In this document: one piece after another, positions 49,042-62,471 of the stretch | How positions within the stretch are numbered: the stretch's first letter is position 1 | Layout: each line of letters opens with the position of its first letter | Assembly: GCF_963853765.1 (NCBI RefSeq) | Contig: NC_088854.1 | Location: 28,768,001-28,832,000 of the forward strand | From: Magallana gigas | Lineage: Eukaryota | Direction of reading: 5' to 3' | Length of the DNA: 64,000 nucleotides | The notes under the pieces: model-generated | The model's input: only the letters and a program-made list of their open reading frames with translations | Told to the model about the DNA's origin: nothing | Databases searched by the model: none | Made by a program: the position numbers and the translations under genes

Positions 49042-52000
49042 TTAGTTTTGTTAACTACTATTAGAAAAGAAGCACCACTCTGTAAAAGTATCAAAAATTT
49101 TGTCGATAAGTAATAAGTGAATGATTTGAAAAATACAGTAATAATAAAAAGCCTCATAATAAGTAGTACAATATTTTATTGCATTGCCAAGTGCTCGACT
49201 CTAATATACACTTTTGCAAAATATAACAAAACAAGGACATAGCCACTCTGCTACAGAAATTGGTTGCAGGGTATATATAATCTACATTTTGTACAGGTAC
49301 ATGTCTCTGGGTAAACAATTCTGTCTTTCTGTGCCTTTAAATAATTAAACAAAAAGGCACTCCATCACAGAACTTTTATCACCTACATATACTTTACGGA
49401 ATAATAAGGAACTGCAGGTGCAAAAAAATTATTTGTCACCTTAAGAAGGTGGAGGAGATTATCAAAACTGAGACAAACAAAGAGAAAGCTATAATCATAT
49501 GCAATTTTAGGTACTCTACTCAAAATAAATGAAATATTGGAAACATTTTTTTTGACAATTGACATTGTAATTGCATTTCTCAACTTGGAAGCCACAGTCT
49601 GGAAATTGCTTAGGTTTCTTTTACAGATTAGATAAGATGGAATATTTTGACCATGGTTTGCTACTGCATTATATTTCAGACCTAACTCGTTATCTAACAA
49701 GGGTTTTTCAAATATACTATCTTTAATGGAAACCAAAAGGTATTCAATATGTGAAATGATATCAAATTTGTCCAAGTCACTTGCACATAGTTTCAAACAG
49801 TCAATATTTGATTCATAATAACACATCAACCCCCTCCCCCTTTTCAAGAGTGTGGCCAAGTAAGACAGAGCTATGCATTGACTATGCCAATGCTTCTTAT
49901 TGTTACACCTTGCAAGTCAATCCTAGTCGGAGGAACAGGTTTAAAAGTTTTACTATCTCTCCACCTTCTTAAAATTACATTTTTTTAAATATAAAAAGTT
50001 TATTACAGTGGGTTGTTGTATTTTCCTACCACATTCATTGTACATTGTACAAGTTAGAATGTATGTCTATAAAATCAAACAATAGGAGTCTTCGCTTATC
50101 TAGTTCATTACAAAAGAAGAACAAGGACATTCACACAAAGTGTACATTCAACTATCAGTATAGATCAAGCACTGAAATGTTGATGGGAGTATATTCATTT
50201 ATATACATATATGCATACAATACTGATAAGAAAAGAGAGTAGAAGAGGATGTGACATTGATAAACATGGCAAATTAAGGATAATTACAATGATTAAGAGT
50301 TTTCCTTTTCAAATCATAGTAATTGTTACAGTATCTGAGCTGTTCAGTGGCAAATTATACGCATATTGCATTTGTGCTTTAAAATATCAATATCTTTGAG
50401 CAAGTAGTCCTGAATTTAAGTACTGAATAAATATGCCTATAGTTAATAGTTTATGATAACTTTATTATGCCTATATTTCTTCAATTATTAGATTTGACTG
50501 AAATTGAAGCAAGTTGGTCTTCTTTTTGTAAATAATGTTCAATACTGTCTCTATCACAATCGAAATATAAGCGAAATGGATATAACTTAAGTGTCATGGA
50601 GGAACAAATTTACAGTTCATGAACAAGTAATATTTACAATGAAAAATCAGTACATATACTACATGATAATTCATATCTTCAAATTTCACTAATTCTGTAA
50701 TATACATGTATCTGCCGTGACTAACATAGTACATACATTTGTACATAATTTCTATACTATCTTGGTTTATATAATGTATTTGTACACAAACACACAAAGT
50801 TCAAGCAGTTAAACTATGTACAGGTAATACTATATAGTTAATATATAATTTGGGATATAACATAAACTCTTTATCAATAAAATAAATGGATTGAAAGAGC
50901 TGTGAAATAGTTCTAGTACAATTAGTCGAAAAATAAATCATACCCAAAAAGAAAAAGTAGCGTGAAAATAAACATACAAAAAATATAAAGTCCTCATTTT
51001 GAAAATTCTTGGCTATCAAAATTACATTTGAATTAACACAATGTGATAATGGAGAAGAAACTTATGCTCTAATTTCCCCCAATCCATAACAAGCTAAGTA
51101 AAATTGTCCTTATCATTTTTTGGGATTTCAGCTATTACAAAATTTTCATTCATCACAAAACAAATTTGGTCCCCAAATTTGTCTGCTTTACCATTTCCTA
51201 CACTGCTAGCTAGACAGAATACCTGGAATTATTTCAGAAATAAACATTGTCATATGTTGCTTTAATATTGTTATATATTAATATATATCAACTTATTTAT
51301 TTATATAATAGAATGAATAGCCGAGGTACCTTTCACCTTTAAAGAAAAAAAAATATCAAAGGAAAGTTGAAAGCAGGAAATTAAAAAAAAATTAAGCCCA
51401 CTCAATAATGACTTTCACTGACCATTAAAGCTGAGTCATACAATGATTGTTTTAATATTACTGAATATCAATCAACAGTGGTTTCCTGCTACAACGATTT
51501 CATGTAAGTGATTAAAACAATCTTCTTTAAAACAAGAATTGTTCAACAAATTTCAATAAAAAAATATTTTCAAAGATTACAAAATCAAGGGATAAAGCTA
51601 ATTAATGCACTCAAAGAGTAAAGCCATGATGAAAAAGACTAATGAAATGCCTACATGTATACATGCATATAAATAAACGAGAATAAAAGTGGTTGGTTTT
51701 TATCCGAGTGTCTTTTATAGTACAGGCTAGTTTCCTAATATGTTGACTGAAGAATCATGAACAAATATAGCTACTAAAATGCCTACCACACTTTATGTGT
51801 AATAATTGACTCAAAAAAGTTCATTGACAAGCTAATGAAATGCCAACTAAATTAAGATATAAAAATAACAGTATAACATATGTATAAATTTAAGACTAGA
51901 TGAGCATTATCCTGGACAAAAAAGAGGTAAAACTGGTTATCTGACTGCTGTGCAAATCAGAGTGAACTACTGTAACCAATGGAATGTCTCAATCAGCAAA

Positions 52001-53370
52001 GCCATCACATCAGAGAAATGATTAACTGCAGAACTGGGGTTGATGGTCAATTGTATGGCAAATAGACCCACTGTTCAAAATCACACTCAGAGAGGCCTGC
52101 TAGCCACAGTTTTGCAGTTAATGCACAAAATTTACATTTGTGGCATGATTTGAATCATTATTATTATGTATGTGCTGTATTATAATAAAAAAAAAACTAT
52201 CATGTTAATAAGATGCTGTGTTTTTAAGATACAGCAGAATAATATGGCACTCACACACTCTCAAGAGAGAAAAGCAAGAGGTCAACAAACAAAAATAACA
52301 GACAAATTTCACAAATATATATATCTACAGTAATTACATATAATCAAAGGAATTCAATTGAAACTTCATTAGGTCTATTACTACAGGTATATACAAAAAT
52401 CTTTGTCTTGAATGCAAAAAAAAATAAAATGAAACAGTCAACATAGGTAACTTTCTTTCAATCAAATCATTTTTCACAACAATCAACTTCCACACATTTC
52501 TTTTTCAGAACATTCAGTGATATTTCATAATCTGTGTGCTCTCTTGCCAACAAAAAAGAAAAAAAAATACATAAAAGCACCTTTAGAACACTCAATATCA
52601 TTTGAACACAAGCATTTGCTCAGCAGGGGGAAATCACAGACATCATGCATGACCAAGCAACATCTTACCTCAATTAGATTCTTTTTCATATATTTATTCT
52701 TTGCTAGATTAATAAAGATTGCATTAATGAAGAATAACTATATGACACTGCTTCAGCAATATTTTTGTAAAAACTAAAAGATCAGTTAAATTTTGAAATG
52801 GAAACACAACTGTTTACGTAGCATAACTCAGCAAAGAAATGTTATTCAAGTATGTAAAAGCAGCAATAAGTGTGACAATTTCAACTTTTACTTTAGTGCA
52901 GGGATTTTATTTTACCTGAAGCACATAGGTGAAAAAAGAAGAAAAAATCAAACAGTATATTTAATGAGTATTATGCAGTATGCCATATTCGGCATTGTAG
53001 ATCATCAGATAAAAACATGTTGGAAAAATATTTTAACGATTAGAAATGAAATGCATCATTAAAGCACAGTTCTGCAACCAAATGAAATCTAATGAAATAA
53101 TGCACATACATGTCAACTCTTGTTGAAGTATTAAGATCAAGCAAAATGCAATCTCCATTGCTAGTACATGTATTCCAATAAAATCTGTTCCTACAAAGCT
53201 TTTCTACAGCCTTAAATATAGTGCTTAATTTTGGTCAACTTGAACTGTAAAACTAACTAAACTACTGGATAAATCTAGCTTTTTTCTTAAGAAGGGGGGG
53301 GGGGACATATAACAGAAAATGATTGTTAAAATACATAATGCAGATTGACTCATTTTCTCCACTTGTTGCA

Positions 53371-56300
53371 TCAGCAGTTATGGTGGCCATTTCTCTGCCT
53401 CGCCCCCGACTTCTGGTGACCACTATTCATTGTGCGACTGCTCTGGAGGGTCAGTCCAGTTCCCAAGCACAGTTTGGAGGGAGCAGACTGGTCACCAGGC
53501 AGCTGAATGACCACTGTTCTCAATGAGACCATATTGTCAGCTGTGGGTTCTGTAGCTATCGGAACAATGTCAAAAGGACTCACTGGCGCTTTGATAAATA
53601 TTGGTTTGTGTATTGTCAAAGGAGGTAAATTAGTTTCTACAGGGGTCAATGTAGGAAGGTGGTGTGCATTTCTAGAAGTGACTTTGGAATATTTTGTTCG
53701 CCTCCGTGGAACTGGAGTCGAGGAAAAAACGTACGAATCCGGCTCAATAAGTACAAGAACTTTGGCAAAAGGCCTAGAGGCCATGTGCAGCATTTCTTTC
53801 TGTTGTCGTTGACGACTTCTCTGTGTGTCTATGGCTTGCTTGAACTTCCACAGCAAAACGCACATGGCTAGGAACAGGAAAAAACAACTGAAGAACACCG
53901 AAAAGAACACAAACAGGTCAATATGGGGCTGGTCTTGTCTGAAATACAAGTTTCCATATGTTCCGCCCCCTCTTCCATTGCCTTGGCCGTATATAATCAG
54001 GTAGAACTTGGATGTTCGAAGATCATGTCGATCAAGAGGCAATGTCACCACTAGACGTGACCTGACATTCTTGAACATCAAAATGGCCCCTGTCTCCTGC
54101 ACAGTGTGATATGTGTGGAAATTGGTGGCCTCCAGGGTTATGTGAGGGTGGGAGGTGTTGGAGGTGGAGTTAAATATGCTCCGCCTGGATCGGAATCTTG
54201 ACTGCAGTGTTGGGGGCGGAGTGGTGAATTCAGAGTCGAGCTCCACAGCATGTATGCCCATATTCTGAACATTGACTGTGAAAGTCTTCTCACTTGATGA
54301 GAAATACACATCTGCAGCTGAAAAAGAGAACCATTAAGTTTAAAAATGAGCAGCATTTCCAAAACATTTATATATTTTTCCCCTGCAAAATACCATGATG
54401 GATCATAACAGACTTTCTTAATAGACCCCAATGACGCTGAATTAAAGCAGTACCTCCAAGAGTGACATCTATTGTTATTCGGATGTCCACATTAAGGTAC
54501 CGAGGCTGGACAGCAAAGAAGACTGTTCTACCCCTCAGGAGTGCCCCAGGGTTCTGGTTACAGTTTGTCTGGGTGTCTGGATCAAAGCAGTACTCCTTGT
54601 CTACCGTCATCTGTCTGTAGCAGTGATGTCCATTGGTTGGATCCCCAATAAAGTACTCCTTGCATTTAGAACACTACAACACATAAAACCCAATGAAGTA
54701 TGTGGAAAAGTCTGTAATATGCAAAGATACTGTGGCTTCATTATAACAAGTGTATATGTTGAACACCAAGTTTTCTGAATGTGATCCATCAAACCTAAAA
54801 TATTCAAGGAAGTAAGAAACATGACAAAATCTTTAAGTTATTAGAAAGGCAGCTGACCACAGATTTTAAAAACACTGATATCCAAATTTCATTGAAAGAA
54901 AGTAAACTAAATTTACCAAAGACTCTACTGATGTGGCAAAATGTTTGAAACGATTGGAAGCATGCTGCATTACCAGAGTACTTGTACATTACAATAATTT
55001 AAAAAAAAAAAAAAAAGATTTTTCTTTTCTCAATTAGAGCTCTATAAGATTAGAATTAAGAAAATATACTTATGTAAATTATTTCATAAAAATATGTCCC
55101 ATTTGTTGAAGATTTACACAACATTTAAAAAAAAATCATTTCAAAAACATTTTTGCATAGACATTTCCAACAACTGCAGTTTGCTCTTTATCACAGAATT
55201 TATTTGCATTTGGTTCAGAAATGAGTCATGCAGTGATTTCTCCAGATGGTTCACCTGTTTTTGCCAGCACTTGTAGTCGTTGGGGTCAGAGTTGGATTTA
55301 CAGGCGGGGGTCTCAGTGTTGTTCAGACACTGGCAACCCTCTCCCGTCTCATTTTTACAAGTATCGCTGTGTCCATTACACTGACATCTACAAATTAAAA
55401 AAAAATACTTATTAAAATTGTTTACATGCTTTAATTTGCATTAATGTATAAAAATGTATTAGACGAGTATTTGTGGAAACTTTCATAAACTGTTTGTGAT
55501 ATGTACTCTAACACAATGTATTCATGTAAAAATAACAACATGTTGAGTGCCATTCAGAGCCAATTGAGGAGTAAAACAAGGAGACAATTTAAGTCTTACA
55601 CTGTTTAATTTACATGTTGGTGACTTTTTAATTTGCTTACAAAGTTCAGATACTTTGCCAGCATATTTAGACTCTATGCCTGTTAATCACATGTTTTTTT
55701 GCTGATGACTTAGTTTTAATTTCTGAATCTCCATCTGGGCTTCAGCTTTGTCTGAATGCTTTGGAAAAACATTGTACTGACTGGTACAAGTTAATATAGA
55801 TAAAACCAATGCAATGATTTTCTCCATTAAAACAACAGTGGAAAAAATGTATGGTTTTTATCATAAGCATAATATTGTACCTATAACAGATTACTATAAA
55901 TACTGGTATCTAGGACTAGTGCTTAACATGCAAAGCTGAAGTTTGCTTTTGAGCAACTTTCAGAACAAGTTAAAAAGGCATATGATGCACTAAAATCAAG
56001 TATACCTGGAAATAATAACCATTCAATTCAAGTGTTAATTAAACTGATACCATTCAATGATTGTACCAATTATAACACAAGGATCTGAAATATGGATCAC
56101 AGACTATAAAATGGATATAGAATTCACAGAATGTGTTCCATATGAAAAATTTAAAATCACATTTTCGAAGATATTCTAGGTGTACAGTATCGATCAAACG
56201 CAACCTAACACCAGAGAAACCCCCACTTAACCCCGGGTTTACTTACAGGGTTTACATGTATTTGGGGTTTACTCCATGTTTACTTTTTGTAAACTTGTGT

Positions 56301-58188
56301 CCAGATTGGGTTTACTTTGGGTTTACTTAAGGTCATCTTTAAACATTGAAATGTGAAGCAGACCCGTCTTTCATCTAATTATCTTACTGCCTGTAATTCC
56401 AATCCCTTGATTATTCCAAATATACATGTAGTGTCTGCCTCAAGGGTCTACTTCTGATTGGGATTTACTCTGGGTTCACTCTAGTAAACCAAGAGTAAAC
56501 CCGACATCAAACCCAGGGTTTAGTCTGGGTTTACTTTCTTTTGGGTTGGGTCTGATTGGTACTGTACATAGAAAGCATCAAATTTAGCAGTCAATGCTGA
56601 TCTAGGTTCTCAACTAGCTAGGTTCTTATCCACTCTACTATTTTTGTTATGAAATAATGTTTTAAATACTATATCAGACTAAGAAATATGGAATCAAATA
56701 CCACATATAACTATTTAATGCACTTTTAGTATCAGCTTTCAAAGAAGACAGAGAGTTAGCTTTGAAAAAGAATTCAACTTCATGGCAAAGCAAGATTTTT
56801 CAATCTTCAACAAAAACTAAACTAGACATCTGTAGATATTTCCCAGAGGGATTTGAGGTTTAAGTTAAATACACTTTTGTTGATATGACCTTTGAACAAT
56901 GGAACAAAATCTCATCTTCTAACTCAGGAAAACTTTATTTCTAAAGTAAAATATCAAATTCTACCGATTATAAATTGCAAGATAACTTTAAAGTTTCCCT
57001 TGAAAAAGCATGAAAGATCACAGCAAACTCAATGATTAAATAAATTTAAGTGCACTTTCACTTTTTATTGAAACAGGTAGATATTGTAAACCAATTATCT
57101 CTAAGGAAAAACATTTTTGCTTTGCTTGTAAATTAATTAAAAACATTTCGTACTTTAATACAGGTCCTGTGTATGACAATCTTTGATTTCAATGTTGTGA
57201 TATTTTTAATGATCATACAACTTCTTGATTATATTATACTTAATGATTAATAATTACTAAATATGAACAAGCCAAGGAAGATAACTCCATTTTGAAGAAG
57301 CAAGGGAATATAACTCAATTAACTGCTATAATCCTCTTCCCTGAATTCTTTTCAAATGCTTTCACAATATCTTATCGATAACTTTGATGGACATCATTAT
57401 TTTTCTTTTCTAAACAGATGAATGAACTCATTTCTTTCATTGAAATTCCTGAGCAGATTGAAATAATGAGACAAATACATACCCCCCCTTCCAAGCCATA
57501 ACCCTTGCCTTACATGCAGGTGACATGAAATATTTATCAAAGATGATAGGATAATTCTTTTTCTAAATATGCAGTTAGTTTTTATTCTGTGTTCTGTGTC
57601 TGTAGAGAAGAAGATTTCTTAAACATTATATGCATTAACACTATATGGCCATATTGCCCCCCCCCCCCCCCCAATGACCTGAACCTCTGACCCAGGGGCC
57701 ATGAATTTCACGATTTAGGTAGAGGAATTTGTGGACATTATAACCATGCATTCAGTTTTTCCCCACATGTGTGGGAGTAAAGAAGAAAATTTTCTAAGAT
57801 TTAATACATTTTCAATATATGGCTAAATTGGCCCCGACCTATGGCCTATAGCCCTGTCCCAGAGGTCATGAATTTCACAGTTTAGGTAGAGGAGTCCGTT
57901 GACATCATAACCATGCAGAAGAGAAGAGAAGAAAATTTTTAAAGATTTAATACATTTTCAATATATTGCCAAAGTGGCCCACCCTGGAGCCTGAACCCCT
58001 ATCCAAGGGACAAAGAATTTCACAATTTAGGTAGAGGAGTCAGTGAACATCATAACCATGCACTCAGTTTTATTCAAATATGTATGGGAGAAGAGAAGAA
58101 GACTTTCTAAGATTTAATACATTTACACTATATGGCCAAAGTGGCCCCACCCTAGAGCCTTAACCCCTTACACGGATGAAGACCAATT

Positions 58189-58221
<33 letters not shown>

Positions 58222-59696
58222 TAAATTAACACATTTCAACAACTGATTGAGTTATTTTTTATGATTATACACGTAAAGTTCAGCACAAAGAATATGCCCC
58301 CAGTTTGACTTACTCCATGAAAGCATCCACTGGTGTAGCCCACAATTTGACTAATTTCATGAAAGCATCCACTAGTGTAGTCCACACAGTTGTACTTACT
58401 TTATACAGGCATCCACTAGCGTCTTTCCCTCCTTCTTCACCCTGAAGTATCCCTCTTGACACCGATCACACCTCGCCCCCATTGTATTATTTTTGCAGCC
58501 CACACACACAGCGTCAGAAGGTTTGGTTCCGTTTAATATTGGCTAAATTAATAACAATACAATAGACTGAGATAATTACCAAATTTGCAAAAAACATGAT
58601 TCATTTATTTTTCATTAAATAGAAACCTGTATTGCAATAAATGTTCCCATGACAAAACAAGAGGCCCGTGGGCCACATTGCTCACCTGAGCAACAATAGA
58701 CACCATAGAATCAGCATTACGGAGTCATATACAAATAAAATATGGACAATGTATAACAAAATCTGTATAAAAAAAATATCATTTTTTTCCCTGGATATTC
58801 TGTTTATCATTGATCCCTTTTTGTCACAATATGGTCAGTTACAGTTTTCAAGAAGATCTAAATCAAATGCAATATAAAGTTACATTAAACTTGTGAAGCC
58901 CAAGAAATGTCAAGGGGCCAAAGCCTAAACAATTCTAAAGAATCAACAATATGTCAAAAAGCTTGCATATAAGTAAAACCATATACTATAACATTTGAGT
59001 TTATGTGATTTTGAAATGTTTCCCTTTGTAAAATTGGACCCCCCATTGTGGCCCGACTCTACTCCTGAAAAATATGATTATGACGAATTTGAATCCACAA
59101 TACCTAAGATTGCTTTCACTAATGTTGCACCTTTTCTAAGAAAATATATTTTACCTCCGGGGACCATGATTTGAACAAACTTGAATCTACACTATCTGAA
59201 GATATTTCCACACAAGTTTCAGCTTCTTTGGCCAAATGGATTTTTAAAGAAGATTTTTAAAGAATAACTCTATATATTTCGATGTTAAACTTTGACCCTC
59301 AGAAGTTCAATAGAAGAATCGGACATTATCAGTACATTATCAGGCCATTGAAAATTTGAAAAATTATAATCATTTCTTGGAGAACGTGTCGTCTGACCTT
59401 AACAAAAAGTGTGTAAAAATTTCAAGCATCTGCGATTATTAGTTGCTGAGATATCTGTGACAAAAATATGTTTCAAAATTTTGGCTAGAAAAAAACAAAA
59501 TCCTCATTAATCAGGAAAAGTTGATGTCTGATTTGTTCAAAATTGAATCCCACCATATGGAAAAGTGCAGATTCCTTATTGTAAGCCAGTACTTAGTTCT
59601 GCAATTCATCTGTTTTGCATCAAAAGGCGAGAATTTAAAATCCTGAACACTGAATTTTGATAATACATTTGTAGTTTCATTTAGTTTACACCTGTC

Positions 59697-59733
<37 letters not shown>

Positions 59734-62318
59734 GAACAATGGGTATGATAAAATCAGCTTAATGAAGTCAGAATACAAACAATCTGGACAATGTACAATA
59801 ATACATGCAGATCCTGTAAAATTAAAATCCATTTTTCCCCCAGGATATTCTTATGTTTATAATCATTAGTCCCTTTTCTAACAGGATGATTTTATAGTCA
59901 TATCACATGTTGAGTATTGCAGTCCTCAAAAAGATCCTTTACAATTGTTTATATATGGGATATTAAGCTACATCAAACTCTGAACCTTCTTGTGAGGCCG
60001 AGGAATTGTCCTGGAGCCAAAGTTTAAAAAATTATAAAGAATCATCTGGCTGATTAGTTTCTGAGAAGAAGATTTTAAAAGATTTACTCTATATATTCCT
60101 TTGTAAAACTTTAACACCCCCCCCCCCCAATGTGGCCTCACCCTACCCCCAGGGATCATGTTTTCACAACTTTGAATTTACAAAACCTGAGGATACTTCA
60201 ACACAATTTTTAGCTTTCCTGGTTGATTAGTTTCTGAGAAGAAGAATTTTAAAGATTTACTCTATATATTCCTATGTAAAACTTCGACCACCCCATTGTG
60301 GCCCCACCCTACCCCCAGGGGTCATGATTTTCACAACTTTGAATCTACACTACCTGAGGATACTTCCACAAAAGTTTCAGCTTTCCTGGCTGATTAGTTT
60401 CTGAGAAGAAGATTTTAAAAGATTTACTCTATATATTCCTTTGTAAAACTTTAACACCCCCCCCCCAAATGTGGCCTCACCCTACCCCCAGGGATCATGT
60501 TTTCACAACTTTGAATCTACACTACCTGAGGATACTTCAACACAAGTTTCAGCTTTCCTGGCTGATTAGTTTCTGAGAAGAAGATTTTTAAAGATTTACT
60601 CTATATATTCCTATGAAAAACTTCGACCCTCCATTGTGCCCATCCCTACCCCCAGGGATCATGATTTTCACAACTTTGAATCTGCACTACCTGAGGATGC
60701 TTCCACATAAGTTTCAGCTTTCCTGGCTGATAAGTTTCTGAGAAGAAGATTTTAAAGATTCACTCTATATATAAATTCCTATGTAAAACTTCGACCCCCC
60801 CCCCCATTGTGGCCCCACCCTACCCCCAAGGGTCAAGATTTTCACAACTTTGAATCTACACTACCTGAGGATGCTTCAACACAAGTTTCAGCTTTCCTGG
60901 CTGATTAGTTTCTGAGAAGAAGATTTTTAAAGATTTACTCTACATATTCCTATGTAAAACTTCGACCACCCCATTGTGGCCCCACCCTACCCCTGGGGGT
61001 CATGATTTTCACAACTTTGAATCTACACTACCTGAGGATACTTTCACACAAGTTTCAGCTTTCCTGGCTGATTAGTTTCTGAGAAGAAGATTTTAAAGAT
61101 TTACTCTATATATTCCTATGTAAAACTTTGACCCCCATTGTGGCCCCACCCTACCCCCGGGGGTCATGATTTTCCCAACTTTGAATCTGCACTACCTGAG
61201 GATGCTTCCACATAAGTTTCAGCTTTCCTGGCTGATTAGTTTCTGAGAAGAAGATTTTAAAGATTCACTCTATATATAAATTCCTATGTAAAACTTCGAC
61301 CCCCCCCCCCCATTGTGGCCCCACCCTACCCCCAAGGGTCAAGATTTTCACAACTTTGAATCTACACTACCTGAGGATGCTTCAACACAAGTTTCAGCTT
61401 TCCTGGCTGATTAGTTTCTGAGAAGAAGATTTTTAAAGATTTACTCTACATATTCCTATGTAAAACTTCGACCACCCCATTGTGGCCCCACCCTACCCCT
61501 GGGGGTCATGATTTTCACAACTTTGAATCTACACTACCTGAGGATACTTTCACACAAGTTTCAGCTTTCCTGGCTGATTAGTTTCTGAGAAGAAGATTTT
61601 TAAAGATTTACTCTATATATTTCTATGTAAAACATCGACCCCCATCGTGGCCCCACCCTACCCCCAGTGGTCATGATTTTCACAACTTTGAATCTACACT
61701 ACCTGAGGATACTTCCACACAAGTTTCAGCTTTCCTGGTTGATTAGTTTCTGAGAAGAAGATTTTAAAGATTTACTCTATATATTCCTATGTAAAACTTT
61801 GACCCCCATTGTGGCCCCACCCTACCCCCGGGGGTCATGATTTTCCCAACTTTGAATCTGCACTACCTGAGAATGCTTCCACGCAAGTTTCAGCTTTCCT
61901 GGCTGATTAGTTTCTGAGAAGAAGATTTTAAAGATTCACTCTATATATAAATTCCTATGTAAAACTTTGACCCCCCTCCATTGTGGCCCCACCCTACCCC
62001 CAAGGGTCAAGATTTTCACAACTTTGAATCTACACTACCTGAGGATACTTTCACACAAGTTTCAGCTTTCCTGGCTGATTAGTTTCTGAGAAGAAGATTT
62101 TTAAAGATTTACTCTACATATTCCTATGTAAAACTTCGACCACCCCATTGTGGCCCCACCCTACCCCCGGGGGTCATGATTTTCACAACTTTGAATCTAC
62201 ACTACCTGAGGATGCTTCCACACAAGTTTCAGCTTTCCTGGCTTTCTGGTTCTTTGCCCTTGAAAACGAGTGTGGCCCTTAATTTTCACAACTTTGAATC
62301 CCCTTTGCCTAAGGATGA

Positions 62319-62350
<32 letters not shown>

Positions 62351-62435
62351 AGTTCTTGAGAAGATGTTGAAAATGTGAAAAGTTTACGGACAGACGGACG
62401 GACAGACAGACGGACAGACAAAATGTGATCAGAAT

Positions 62436-62471
<36 letters not shown>

